Assembly (NCBI GenBank): GCA_964471165.1
Contig: CAYYEX010000001.1
Location: forward strand, 129,037-193,036
From: an uncultured Candidatus Saccharibacteria bacterium
GTDB taxonomy: Bacteria; Patescibacteriota; Minisyncoccia; Phycocordibacterales; UBA2100
DNA: 64,000 bases
Direction of reading: 5' to 3'
A program made the translations under genes and the position numbers. Position 1 is the stretch's first letter. Each line of letters opens with the position of its first letter. Below are positions 28,290 through 38,322 of this stretch, in pieces. The notes under the pieces were generated by a model that saw only the letters and a program-made list of their open reading frames with translations, was not told where the DNA came from and did not search any database.

Positions 28290-30347
28290 ATGGGTACCCA
28301 TCGGCTACGGTTCGGCTACTGGTATTTCGCACTATCCGTATTTCTCTCCGCATTTCTGCTCTTTGCGGTGCAACCGATTGCAAGCAAACACTTACTGCCA
28401 TATTTCGGCGGCTCGTCGTCTGTATGGGCCACCTCGCTGGTATTTTATACATCAATCCTTTTTCTCGGGTACGCATATGTGTATCTGGTCGCGACGCAGC
28501 GCTCGTCCGTGCAAGTGATGATTCATGGAGCGGTGATTGTCACCGCGATGTTCGCAACAATGCTTGCTGTCATTTCGTGGGGCTCAATCTATCCCCCGCT
28601 CGATTGGATAGAACAGAGCTCTCTCTCACCGGCGCTGCGTGTGCTCGTTGCACTTTTTCTTTCAGTTGGTATTCCCTACTTTTTGCTTTCGACCACGGGA
28701 CCGCTCTTGCAGTACTGGTATGGAGTGTCGTCGCAAACTGAGCCGTATAAATTGTACGCACTCTCGAACGCCGGTTCGCTCCTCGCACTCATCTCGTATC
28801 CATTTCTTATTGAGCCATACATAGCGCTCCCGAAAGAGGAAACAATATGGACAGTGCTCTTTTTCCTGTATGCGCTTCTGTTGATTGCCGTAACGCTCTC
28901 GATTCGGAATGTACCGCCCCACGTGCGAGCAAGCGTAAAAGAGGCAGGCAGCGTGGCACGAAAAGCAGCGTGGATTGCCTTCGCCGCACTCCCCGCATTT
29001 CTTCTGGTAGCCACCACAACAGTTCTCACTCAGCTCATTTCCCCAGTGCCACTTTTGTGGATAATTCCGCTTGCGTTGTATTTGCTCACCTTTATCTTTG
29101 CCTTCAGCGGCTACGGGCAAACCATTTATATGCCCCTTTTTGTATTTCTCGCGTCGATTGTCGCGTTCCTCTATACACCAGCATCGCCGAGCGAAATAGT
29201 GAGCGAAGTGATTGCGTATTTCGTGCTGCTTTTCATGGCCTCGCTCATGTGCCATGCGCAGCTCTATAAACTGCGCCCACGCACCGAGGCACTCCCGTTT
29301 TTCTACCTGTGTACCTCGTTTGGTGGTGCGGTCGGTACCGTGTGTGCAAGTTTGCTCGCCCCACTCGTGTTCAACAACTTTTTTGAGTTTCCACTTGGGC
29401 TTGCCATCACGGCGTCGCTCGCTATCTACCTGCTTCCAGCGGATTTTTATCCACGACTCGTGAAAGACCGCACAATAAAGGCAATACGGGTTATTGCTCC
29501 ATTTTTCTTTGCAATGATGCTCACGAATGTTGTGGTCGCGGATGTATCCGAAGATGTTCTCGCATCGCGCAATTTCTACGGCGCGGTGCAGCTGCACTTC
29601 AACGAAGAGGCAACGGTGCTCATGAACGGAACAACCATGCACGGCATGCAAGCCACTGCACGCGAATGGTCCTACATGCCATCGTCGTACTACACACAGG
29701 GCAGCGGTTTCGGGCGTGCGATGCGCGCGGTTCGAACACAACAGGCAGAAGGCCCCGTTTCGGTTGGCGTGGTTGGGCTCGGTACGGGCTCAGCCGCTGC
29801 ATACTGTGCAAAAGACGACCGATTTACCTTTTACGAAATCGACCCGCATATTGAACATATTGCGCGCACATACTTCAGTTACCTTTCTCGATGCAAGGGT
29901 TCCGAAGTACACATTGGCGACGGGCGCCTCGTCCTAGAGTCCCAAGACACAAAATATGATTTATTAGTAGTCGATGCGTTTACCGACGACGCGATTCCTG
30001 CTCACCTACTCACGAAAGAAGCAGTTGCTATCTATTTCGAACACCTTTCGTCTGATGACGGCATTGTAGCGATTCACACATCAAATCGATTTCTTTTGCT
30101 GTACCCCGTTCTGCTCTCGATTGCACGGCTCGATGGTCTCACCGCGATGGTTGTTTACGATGCCGGAGAAGGTGGCCACATGGGTGCCGCGTCACAGTGG
30201 GTGCTCTTATCCAGAAACAAGAAGGTCTTCGATGACCCCGCATTCATTGGCGTGCCTACATGGGCAGCCCCACAACCACTACCGAACGCGTGGACCGATA
30301 CGTATACAAGCCTGTACTCGGTTTTGAGCGTGCCGCTCCCGTTCTAA
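28290..30347 (+). CDS. polytopic membrane protein fused to C-terminal spermidine-synthase-like (aminopropyltransferase-fold) domain
   Basis: 685 aa; about 12 TM helices then GVVGLGTGSAAAYC...LLVVDAFTDDAIPAHL resembling SpeE SAM-fold. Confidence 0.7.
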   Translation: MGTHRLRFGYWYFALSVFLSAFLLFAVQPIASKHLLPYFGGSSSVWATSLVFYTSILFLGYAYVYLVATQRSSVQVMIHGAVIVTAMFATMLAVISWGSIYPPLDWIEQSSLSPALRVLVALFLSVGIPYFLLSTTGPLLQYWYGVSSQTEPYKLYALSNAGSLLALISYPFLIEPYIALPKEETIWTVLFFLYALLLIAVTLSIRNVPPHVRASVKEAGSVARKAAWIAFAALPAFLLVATTTVLTQLISPVPLLWIIPLALYLLTFIFAFSGYGQTIYMPLFVFLASIVAFLYTPASPSEIVSEVIAYFVLLFMASLMCHAQLYKLRPRTEALPFFYLCTSFGGAVGTVCASLLAPLVFNNFFEFPLGLAITASLAIYLLPADFYPRLVKDRTIKAIRVIAPFFFAMMLTNVVVADVSEDVLASRNFYGAVQLHFNEEATVLMNGTTMHGMQATAREWSYMPSSYYTQGSGFGRAMRAVRTQQAEGPVSVGVVGLGTGSAAAYCAKDDRFTFYEIDPHIEHIARTYFSYLSRCKGSEVHIGDGRLVLESQDTKYDLLVVDAFTDDAIPAHLLTKEAVAIYFEHLSSDDGIVAIHTSNRFLLLYPVLLSIARLDGLTAMVVYDAGEGGHMGAASQWVLLSRNKKVFDDPAFIGVPTWAAPQPLPNAWTDTYTSLYSVLSVPLPF

Positions 30348-30354
30348 ATCAATC

Positions 30355-30978
30355 ATGAAGCAGCCCGACTACACCCCGGCAATCCGCGCACTCAAAAAAG
30401 ATTCGAAGTTCGCTCCACTGATTAAACGCCACGGCAAACCGGATTTGTCTCGCGAGCATGGCGGTAGCAATATCTTTCAGTCGCTCGTACGCTCCATTAT
30501 CTTTCAGCAGATATCTGGTTCTGCCGGGCGCTCGATTCACGCACGCGTACTGGCACTCTTTCCACGAAAGCACCCGACGCCTGAGAAATTGCTCGCGATT
30601 ACGGGCGAGGAACTACGTCAGTGCGGTCTCTCCGGACAAAAACTCTCGTACCTGCAAGACCTTGCGAAACGTTGTCTCGACGGAACGATTGATCAAAAAC
30701 GATTTCCGAAGATGACGTCGCAAGAGATTATTGACCACCTCGTGGTCGTAAAAGGCATCGGTGTATGGACCGCACAAATGATGCTCATCTTTCGTCTCAA
30801 TCGACTCGATGTACTCCCTGTCGGAGACCTCGCTATCCGCAAGGGCTTCAAAAGCGTCTACAAATTACGCGGTGAGCCAACGGCAGCGCAGATGGAGAAG
30901 CTCGCACAGCCCTGGCGGCAATACGCGTCTGTCGCATCGTGGTATCTGTGGGCAGAAATGACACCTAAAAAGAAGTAA
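30355..30978 (+). CDS. DNA-3-methyladenine glycosylase II (AlkA-like, HhH-GPD superfamily)
   Basis: 207 aa; helix-hairpin-helix VKGIGVWTAQMM and catalytic Asp region VLPVGDLAIRKG. Confidence 0.8.
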   Translation: MKQPDYTPAIRALKKDSKFAPLIKRHGKPDLSREHGGSNIFQSLVRSIIFQQISGSAGRSIHARVLALFPRKHPTPEKLLAITGEELRQCGLSGQKLSYLQDLAKRCLDGTIDQKRFPKMTSQEIIDHLVVVKGIGVWTAQMMLIFRLNRLDVLPVGDLAIRKGFKSVYKLRGEPTAAQMEKLAQPWRQYASVASWYLWAEMTPKKK

Positions 30979-31025
30979 CAAAAAAGCCCCATTCGACGGG
31001 GCTTTTTTGCTACCTCAAAGTCTAT

Positions 31026-31535
31026 TTACTGCGCCTCGAATGATACGCCGACTGGCCCGCCGTCTGCGGTAATCAGCTGATCCTTCTTGAAGTCGAACTG
31101 TTTGTCGCCATCATCGACATAGATAACAACGCGGTACGATTTGCCTGAAACCGTTGCACGCTGCAATTCAATCGAGCCTGATGTAGCACTCGATGGGAAC
31201 CACGCAGCACCAAGGATGCTCATGTCGTCGCGCACTGCTACCCAGCTCGCACGTGTGAGCGACACCGATGAAAGTGTTACGGTTTCCCCCGCTGCCTGAT
31301 TTGCCACGGTCACGCTCTCGCCATCGCTCGTTGCAGTAACGGTTCCTTTCGGAACGTTATTTGTAGACGTAACCGTTGCTGCCGAAGTAGGTGTGGTGGT
31401 GGTTGTCTCGACTACTTCTGCCGGAGCAGCTACGCGGTCTCGCATAACGAGCCACGCGCCACCCACAACAAGCACGATGACTGCTGCTGAAATAATTACC
31501 CACTGTGTCACGTTGTTCGTTTCCATATCATTCAA
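31026..31535 (-). CDS. hypothetical membrane-anchored Thr/Ser-rich protein
   Basis: 169 aa; N-terminal TM, T/S-rich linker. Confidence 0.4.
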   Translation of the reverse strand: MNDMETNNVTQWVIISAAVIVLVVGGAWLVMRDRVAAPAEVVETTTTTPTSAATVTSTNNVPKGTVTATSDGESVTVANQAAGETVTLSSVSLTRASWVAVRDDMSILGAAWFPSSATSGSIELQRATVSGKSYRVVIYVDDGDKQFDFKKDQLITADGGPVGVSFEAQ

Positions 31536-31683
31536 GAGGACTAATAGTGTTACGGGATGCTATGCCCTGAATAGTAGGACGGCTGCCTCATGTGTCCAAG
31601 TGGTCTATCTGGGGACAATTATTCGACCACAAAGCGCCCAATTGGCTACCAGAAACACCTATAGATAGAGCCCCGGACCGGGT

Positions 31684-32331
31684 TTAGTCCTCGAGCTCTA
31701 CGAGCGCATCCCAAATCTCGGCAGTGGATATGGCTCCCTCGCGAAGAATAATTGGTCGCTCCCCTGAGCAGTCCACCACAGTCGACGGCGCACGTTTCGG
31801 CAGTGTTCCACCATCTACCACACACGCAATCTGCTGCGCATTTTCGCCAAGCTGCTCGAGAATTTCCTCAACCGACTCACACGGCTGCATACCCGCGCGG
31901 TTTGCGCTCGTGGTTGTGATTGGTCCACCAAACGAATCGACGAGTGCCATGCAAAAAGTATTGTCGGGAATACGAATGCCGAATGTGTCGATACCTTTTG
32001 CAATACCGGTTTCAATTCCCGTTTTTTTCTTGAGAATGAGCGTGAGCGGGCCGGGCAAGAAACGCTTTGCAAGAATACGCGCGATTCCATCAACAAATGC
32101 GTAGCGCTCTGCCATTTCCAAATCACGCACAATCGCGTGAATCGGCTTGCCTTCGTCGCGGCCTTTGATTGTGTATATTTTCGCAACTGCCTCGTCGGAG
32201 AGTGCGTCGGCTCCAAGCCCGTAGAGGGTGTCTGTGGGATACAAAATAACCCCACCGCTTTGCAAAGCAGCAAGCGCCGCGGGCACATCAGACGTATGCA
32301 TTCCTCGCGTATTCATGCCCAAAGCATACAT
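31684..32331 (-). CDS. tsaC: L-threonylcarbamoyladenylate synthase (YrdC/Sua5 family)
   Basis: GGVILYPTDTLYGLGADAL signature; start may be the downstream ATG (MHTSDV). Confidence 0.85.
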   Translation of the reverse strand: MYALGMNTRGMHTSDVPAALAALQSGGVILYPTDTLYGLGADALSDEAVAKIYTIKGRDEGKPIHAIVRDLEMAERYAFVDGIARILAKRFLPGPLTLILKKKTGIETGIAKGIDTFGIRIPDNTFCMALVDSFGGPITTTSANRAGMQPCESVEEILEQLGENAQQIACVVDGGTLPKRAPSTVVDCSGERPIILREGAISTAEIWDALVELED

Positions 32332-32392
32332 GAAACAGAAAAGCCCCGCGCGATGACGGAGCTCTCCAGCAGAGAAGAAAAGTCTGAAGCGA

Positions 32393-32629
32393 TTATTGCT
32401 TCAAATAGATGTAGTAGGTGGTGCCATCGACCGGGACGGTGAATGCGAAGGCATAGCCGTCGATTTCACCGTTCGAACCTGACACGAAGTAGGACGCCAT
32501 TCCCTCGATGGAAACGAGGCGCTCCTGCGCGAGCTTATCGCGCGATTCGCGTATTCTCGATACCATCTCTCCCGAGACGGCACCTCCTTCCAACTCGAGA
32601 TCCAAGCTCATGATGACTCCTCCGACCAC
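32393..32629 (-). CDS. hypothetical small protein
   Basis: 78-aa ORF overlapping the 3' end of the kinase-like gene by 22 nt; weak support. Confidence 0.25.
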   Translation of the reverse strand: MVGGVIMSLDLELEGGAVSGEMVSRIRESRDKLAQERLVSIEGMASYFVSGSNGEIDGYAFAFTVPVDGTTYYIYLKQ

Positions 32630-33510
32630 AGTCGTTGCTGCTGGGTTCTTAACTTTTCGATAACGGTCTTTATTGTAACATGATCTCGCACCCCGTCAAC
32701 CGTTTGATATGCCTCTGCAATTGAATCCGCTTTTATGCAAAACCCGAAGTCAATCACATATCCGAGGGGTTTTTCCGGAGTTGCGGGGGCGGGGTCTATC
32801 ATGATGTTTCCTTCACGTATATCACGATGGTAAAAACCCGCATCGTTCATTCGCCCTAAAAACGTCGCCATCCCTTGTTCAAGCGCCGTAAAATTGTAAT
32901 CCCGCGGCAGACGTATGTTCTGTATAAAAATATCTTTCACGGAGTGCCCGGGCACTTTTTCCATTGCGAGCACATAACCTTTTGAAGATGATGCGACAAA
33001 AAATGTATGCGGTACACCAACGCGCGTGTCGATGTGATCTTCAGCAAAGACCGCAACATCTGTCTGATATGCCGCTTCAGTCATGAGGTCGTTTTGAAAC
33101 TCCATCGGCGCACGGATAAGCATTTTATATACGACAGTGATTCCCTCGCCAGTAGTGCCTGACTGCGTCTTGAACTCGAACACTCGTCCGTTTTCCCCGC
33201 GTCCTACCTCAACTTCACGCTCACTCGCATCCTTCCGTTCAAAAATCGTTCCCGGGACGACACCAATCATGTGCAGACCTTCGGATTTGTATTTCGGTAC
33301 AGCAAGCAGTTCACGACGCCTACGCAGAGCAGACTCCAGAAAAGACAGCTGTTCCACGCCGGTAAGTCCGTCCATACGCTCCTCAATCCGAGCCCTACTT
33401 TCCTCAGGAAAGCTATGCAACAAGTCTTCGATCGCGTCATCAAGCTCCTCATCGTTGAGCTTCTCGTGCCCAACGATTTTACGCATTGGGGGCATGTGTT
33501 CATGTGACAT
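32608..33510 (-). CDS. protein-kinase-like fold protein (atypical kinase/phosphotransferase)
   Basis: catalytic-loop-like YHRDIREGNIMID and VIDFGF (DFG) motifs; start codon region abuts the tRNA-Val 3' end, so true start is probably a downstream ATG. Confidence 0.55.
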   Translation of the reverse strand: MSHEHMPPMRKIVGHEKLNDEELDDAIEDLLHSFPEESRARIEERMDGLTGVEQLSFLESALRRRRELLAVPKYKSEGLHMIGVVPGTIFERKDASEREVEVGRGENGRVFEFKTQSGTTGEGITVVYKMLIRAPMEFQNDLMTEAAYQTDVAVFAEDHIDTRVGVPHTFFVASSSKGYVLAMEKVPGHSVKDIFIQNIRLPRDYNFTALEQGMATFLGRMNDAGFYHRDIREGNIMIDPAPATPEKPLGYVIDFGFCIKADSIAEAYQTVDGVRDHVTIKTVIEKLRTQQQRLWSEESS

Positions 33511-33511
33511 G

Positions 33512-33584
33512 TGCGCGATGCAGGAATCGAACCTGCCACCTACCCCACGTCAAGGGGTCGCTCTACCAAATGAGCTAATCGCGC
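33512..33584 (-). tRNA. tRNA-Val (anticodon GAC), no encoded CCA
   Basis: reverse complement GCGCGATTAGCTCATTTGGTAGAGCGACCCCTTGACGTGGGGTAGGTGGCAGGTTCGATTCCTGCATCGCGCA; standard cloverleaf. Confidence 0.85.
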
Positions 33585-33663
33585 TTCTTTCTTTCGGGAT
33601 AAAGATACCGCAAAGCGCGACTGAAAGGAATACCCCCACGTCCAGCGAGGTATACTTTTTGGC

Positions 33664-34200
33664 ATGATTGCGCTCAATACGCAGCACCGGCTCACTCCCG
33701 CAGTTTTTTGGTATTCATCGCTCGCGCCAATTATCGCCTCGTTCGTTGCGGTAGTGGGTGGCGCGTTTGTAAAAGACTTCATTGCGAGCACATGCGCCAT
33801 ATCGGTTTGCCCGTTTTTTGCGCCATACATCATGCCGGTCCTTGTGCTCGCATTTATTGTTGCTGTGCTCGCGCACCCCGTGCTCGACTTCTTACTATTC
33901 TCGTTTCAACTCGCTGAGCATTCAATCACCATAAACTCGGGTGTGATTTTCCGTCAGTACGAAACAATCAACTTTAACCGCATCCAGACACTCGATTTGG
34001 AACGCGGTCCACTCTTGTGGCTCTTTGGCCTTACCGAAGTGCGTCTCTGGACTGCCTCGGCAGACCAGATGAACTTCTCGCTCGAAGATAAAACACTTTC
34101 GTCTCGACCGAGCGCCGACACCACGTTTGTGCTACCGCGTGACACAGCAGTGCATCTGAAAGAATTCATTACAAACGCGAAAGGTCCGGTACAGGCATAA
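33664..34200 (+). CDS. membrane protein with bacterial PH (bPH_2/YdbS-like) domain
   Basis: 178 aa; two N-terminal TM helices then RIQTLDLERGPLLWLFGLTEVRLWTAS pattern typical of bPH_2. Confidence 0.55.
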   Translation: MIALNTQHRLTPAVFWYSSLAPIIASFVAVVGGAFVKDFIASTCAISVCPFFAPYIMPVLVLAFIVAVLAHPVLDFLLFSFQLAEHSITINSGVIFRQYETINFNRIQTLDLERGPLLWLFGLTEVRLWTASADQMNFSLEDKTLSSRPSADTTFVLPRDTAVHLKEFITNAKGPVQA

Positions 34201-34225
34201 TTAACAATGGATATATTTTTTTGAT

Positions 34226-34642
34226 ATGACAACTGCAAAACTCTTTGTGCTCTCGATGGTGGTATTCGCGTTTCTCGACGCAATTTGGATTGGCTACGTG
34301 ATGTCGAGCACCTACAAAGGACTCTTGGGGCCACTCGCCCGCCTGAACGCAGACGGCACGTTCAACATCAACTACATCGCTGCGGTCGGTGTATACGTAT
34401 TGCTCGCCGCAGCAGTCGTATTCTTTGTATTGCCGCGAGCCGGGCTTTCACCATTTTCTGTGTTCCTTTTTGGCGCTCTCATGGGCCTCATCATCTATGG
34501 AGTCTATGACCTCACGAATGCTGCCACGCTCGTGCACTGGCCACTCAAGTTCATTGTGTTCGATATTGCCTGGGGCACCTTTGCCACTGGCCTCACCGCA
34601 CTCGTCGTAACAAATATAGGAAAGATGTTCCATTGGTTATAA
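34226..34642 (+). CDS. small polytopic membrane protein (DUF2177-like)
   Basis: 138 aa, 4 TM helices. Confidence 0.45.
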   Translation: MTTAKLFVLSMVVFAFLDAIWIGYVMSSTYKGLLGPLARLNADGTFNINYIAAVGVYVLLAAAVVFFVLPRAGLSPFSVFLFGALMGLIIYGVYDLTNAATLVHWPLKFIVFDIAWGTFATGLTALVVTNIGKMFHWL

Positions 34643-34686
34643 CTCCGGTGATACATATTCTTTTCGAGTCACGACCAAGCGAAGCG

Positions 34687-36471
34687 CTAATCTTGTAGGA
34701 ACCCACCAGCTTGGTGGTGCCAGAGTTCCGCGTAAATGCCTTTTGTTTTCACAAGTTCTTCGTGCGTTCCCTCTTCAAGAATCTTTCCCCGGTCAAGCAC
34801 AATAATGCGATCCATCTGTCGCAGTGTGGAGAGACGGTGTGCAATTGCAATCACCGTCTTTCCTTCCATCAGCGATTGCAACGCCTTTTGAATTTCGATT
34901 TCACTCTCAGAATCGAGTGCACTCGTTGCTTCGTCGAGGAGCAGCACCGGCGCACTCTTGAGGATTGCGCGTGCTATCGCCACACGTTGTCGCTCTCCGC
35001 CAGAGAGCTTCACACCTCGTTCACCCACGAGAGACGCGTATCCATCACTCAGGCGCAGGATAAAATCGTGTGCCTGTGCCTTTTTGGCGGCCTCTATAAT
35101 TTCATCGTCGGATGCGTCGGGCTTTCCGTAGCTAATATTTTCGCGGATTGTGCGATGGAACAAAAGTGGCTCCTGCGGCACGATGGAAATCGCTCGACGC
35201 AAACTCTCTTGCGTCACCGTTGCAATATCGGCTCCTCCAATTTTTATTGAACCACCCTGCACATCGTGGTGATGCATCAACAAGCGAATGATTGTTGACT
35301 TGCCCGCGCCAGAGCGCCCCACCAAACCCACGCGCTGCCCGGCGGGAATCATGAGGGAAAGATTTTTGAATACCTCCTGTCCATCGAAACCAAATGTCAT
35401 GTTTTCGAATGAAATCGACGCATCCGGCACATCAATATCCACAGCTCCTGCAGGGTCGGGAATTTCGTGCGGCTCAAGAATCTCCGTGAGCGACTCCTGT
35501 ACCTCGCCCCAATTTTCAGCAACAGTATTCAACTGCCCACCCAGGTGCAGAAGCAAGCTATCAACACGGAAAACGATAGTGAGGATAAGCACGATATCCG
35601 CCGGTGCAATCAATCCGAGCGACGCGTAATACACAGAGCCAAACGCCATCGCGCCGCTGAAAACTGCCTGGATGACACCGTTGAGCAAAAGCACACGCTC
35701 GCCGAAATGCCAGTTGCGAAGTCCTGCCAATCGACGCTCGTCGGTAATACTTTGTAATCGTTCCACCTCGTAGATACGGCGCGCGTACTCTTGCATCGCT
35801 GTGATGTTCGACAACAAATCAACGGTGGAACCAGTGAGCTTACTCTCTATCTGCTGTGCTTTGGCCGAAAGCGGCGCGCGCATGCGTGCAAAGAACACAT
35901 TGACCAAGCACACAACCACTACCCACACCAAGAACAAATATGCGAGTGTAGGCTCTGTGTAGAACGCAAAAATAAAGCTTGCAACAATCGAAACGAACGC
36001 CTCAACGAATTGCCAGAGTGTTTGTTCCACGAACGAGCGTACGCCGCTGGCAGCGTGCCCTATTTTATTCGCGAGCGAGCCTGCGAATTTGTTGGAAAAG
36101 TAACTTCGACTGTGGAGCGTTACGTATGCTGTAAGTGTGTAGCGTGCCGTTGCTCGTGCCCCGGTCGCCCAATACGAACCCATCCAACCCGATACTCGGA
36201 ATGCGAGTTGCCCAACGAACACCACGAGCACATAAAGAAATGAGGCGAGTAAAAGCTTTGTGTAGTCGTGCGTCTGCGGAAGCTCCGCAACCGCGCTCGT
36301 AATCATTTTGAATATATACGCAACCGAAGTGAAAAGCGTCGCGGCGACTATTACTGCAATGATTGCAATGAGTGCATAGCCCCACTGCGGACGCGACACA
36401 TACAAAAAGAATCGCAGCGGATTTGTACTCCCAGGAAAGTCGTTCCGCCACATCTTTGGGTTCGCTTTCAT
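34687..36471 (-). CDS. ABC exporter, fused permease + ATP-binding domains (MsbA/lipid A-type)
   Basis: start at ATG 36471 (MKANPKMW); 6 TM N-terminal domain; Walker A GRSGAGKST, signature LSGGERQR, Walker B LLLDEATSALD. Confidence 0.85.
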   Translation of the reverse strand: MKANPKMWRNDFPGSTNPLRFFLYVSRPQWGYALIAIIAVIVAATLFTSVAYIFKMITSAVAELPQTHDYTKLLLASFLYVLVVFVGQLAFRVSGWMGSYWATGARATARYTLTAYVTLHSRSYFSNKFAGSLANKIGHAASGVRSFVEQTLWQFVEAFVSIVASFIFAFYTEPTLAYLFLVWVVVVCLVNVFFARMRAPLSAKAQQIESKLTGSTVDLLSNITAMQEYARRIYEVERLQSITDERRLAGLRNWHFGERVLLLNGVIQAVFSGAMAFGSVYYASLGLIAPADIVLILTIVFRVDSLLLHLGGQLNTVAENWGEVQESLTEILEPHEIPDPAGAVDIDVPDASISFENMTFGFDGQEVFKNLSLMIPAGQRVGLVGRSGAGKSTIIRLLMHHHDVQGGSIKIGGADIATVTQESLRRAISIVPQEPLLFHRTIRENISYGKPDASDDEIIEAAKKAQAHDFILRLSDGYASLVGERGVKLSGGERQRVAIARAILKSAPVLLLDEATSALDSESEIEIQKALQSLMEGKTVIAIAHRLSTLRQMDRIIVLDRGKILEEGTHEELVKTKGIYAELWHHQAGGFLQD

Positions 36472-36498
36472 AGATATATAGTATTCTAACTCTATTGT

Positions 36499-37662
36499 AT
36501 GAAAGTACTTGGAATAGAAACAAGTTGTGATGAGACGGCCGTTACCCTCATAGAGGCGCAGGGCTCGTTCGGTAACGACTTTAAATTCGACGTTCTTGGC
36601 AACGCGCTGTTCTCGCAGGCGTCGATGCATGCCGAGTATGGTGGAGTTTTCCCCAACCTCGCCAAGCGCGAGCACGCAATGAACCTCATTCCCCTGCTAC
36701 GCGAATGCCTCACGCAAGCAGGTGAACTCACCGCATCAAAAAACGAAAATCTCTTTGATGCTGCAGATGAGCTTAAAGTTATTCTGCATCGTGAACCGGA
36801 ACTCCTCGAGGCAATCACTGGCTTCGCGCTCGAAAGCGGCAAACCGAATGTGGACGCGATTGCCGTTACGGTCGGGCCGGGCCTTGAACCCGCGCTTTGG
36901 GTAGGCATTAACTGCGCGCGCGCACTCTCGCTGCTCTGGGGTGTGCCAATTGTTGCGGTGAATCACATGGAGGGTCATATTCTCCTCTCGATGATGGATA
37001 TGGGGCTGCAGCGCCATGTTGATTTCCCACTGCTGAGCCTACTTATTTCTGGCGGTCACACAGAACTCGTACTTTCGCGCGGATTCCGGAGCTACGAGCA
37101 CATCGGCGAAACTCGCGACGACGCCGCTGGCGAAGCGTTCGACAAAGTCGCACGCTTGCTCGACTTACCGTATCCCGGTGGTCCTGAAGTTTCGCGCCTT
37201 GCAGCTGAAGCGCGCGGACAAAATCTTTCTGAACATATTGCGTTTACCCGCCCCATGCTTCGGGATGAAAGTTTCGATTTCTCGTTCTCGGGTTTGAAAA
37301 CTGCGGTGCGCACCGTTGTTGAACAGCGCAGACCCTTAACCGATGAGCTCAAGAAAATTATTGCACTGGAGTTCGAAAATACCGTTTCCGATGTGCTCGT
37401 GCACAAGACTATGCGCGCAGTTGAAGAGTTTGGTGCGCAGACCGTGGTTGTGGGGGGCGGCGTTTCTGCAAACACGCACATTCGCCGCGAACTCCAAGAA
37501 GCGCTGGCCCAGGCTGGCAATCCTGCGAGTCTATTAATTCCCCCGGCAGAACTTGCAACCGACAACGCCATCATGATTGCTATCGCGGGATATTTCGGTG
37601 CACAAGCTTCGCAATATGCTGAGCCCGATTCATTGGTCGCCTCTGGCAACCTTAAACTGTAA
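36499..37662 (+). CDS. tsaD: tRNA N6-adenosine threonylcarbamoyltransferase
   Basis: MKVLGIETSCDETAV N-terminus, HMEGH metal site, Kae1/TsaD family. Confidence 0.9.
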   Translation: MKVLGIETSCDETAVTLIEAQGSFGNDFKFDVLGNALFSQASMHAEYGGVFPNLAKREHAMNLIPLLRECLTQAGELTASKNENLFDAADELKVILHREPELLEAITGFALESGKPNVDAIAVTVGPGLEPALWVGINCARALSLLWGVPIVAVNHMEGHILLSMMDMGLQRHVDFPLLSLLISGGHTELVLSRGFRSYEHIGETRDDAAGEAFDKVARLLDLPYPGGPEVSRLAAEARGQNLSEHIAFTRPMLRDESFDFSFSGLKTAVRTVVEQRRPLTDELKKIIALEFENTVSDVLVHKTMRAVEEFGAQTVVVGGGVSANTHIRRELQEALAQAGNPASLLIPPAELATDNAIMIAIAGYFGAQASQYAEPDSLVASGNLKL

Positions 37663-37664
37663 TT

Positions 37665-38303
37665 ATGAATGAACGCACAGAACGCCCACGCGAAGGTCGT
37701 GCAAAGTTTGAGCGCCAGAAGGTTCATGATGCAATCGAACAACTCACTGCTCTCAATGTTTTGGAGAGCGATAAAGTTCTTATACTTCTCTCCTATGTAG
37801 GCGAAAAGCAACTTGGAGAGTTGAGCGTTCCTGATAACCATCACTTCCAAGGCCACGCCGATGAAATCCGCTCCATACTTCACAAGCTCGGTCTGAAGTA
37901 CGACGAAGAGCAAAAAGCCAACAGTGGTAAACCGATAATTCACTTCGACTTTTCACGAGATCTGTCCGCACTTGAGAAAATTCGAGAATTAAAAATGCGA
38001 CAGAAAACTATGTCTTCAGAAAGCTGGCGCCTCGCGCACGGAAAACTTTTTGGTTTTCCCGATACAGCTATACATGCGTTCGTTACCCATCGCGAGCTTC
38101 TTGAAGAACTACCCGAAGAGGTTCGCAACACACCCGTGGGCAGATTTTACGAACGGGCAGTTTCAATGCGACTCTCAAAAGCTCACTGGCAAAGCGAGCT
38201 AAAAGTGGTCGATGAGTGGATGCGAGCGGCACACGAGGCCGCTCCTAATTACATCTCGCACCTCGTGTCCGACAGCTGGACGCCTCAGGGCGGGACGCGC
38301 TAA
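37665..38303 (+). CDS. hypothetical protein
   Basis: 212-aa ORF translationally adjacent to tsaD (2-nt gap); no motif. Confidence 0.45.
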   Translation: MNERTERPREGRAKFERQKVHDAIEQLTALNVLESDKVLILLSYVGEKQLGELSVPDNHHFQGHADEIRSILHKLGLKYDEEQKANSGKPIIHFDFSRDLSALEKIRELKMRQKTMSSESWRLAHGKLFGFPDTAIHAFVTHRELLEELPEEVRNTPVGRFYERAVSMRLSKAHWQSELKVVDEWMRAAHEAAPNYISHLVSDSWTPQGGTR

Positions 38304-38322
38304 ATCGTGTTAAATTGGCCCT

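Noticed and set aside
28662-29741. 359-aa minus-strand ORF
   Set aside because: Antisense to the SpeE-fusion membrane protein gene. Cys/His-rich nonsense composition.
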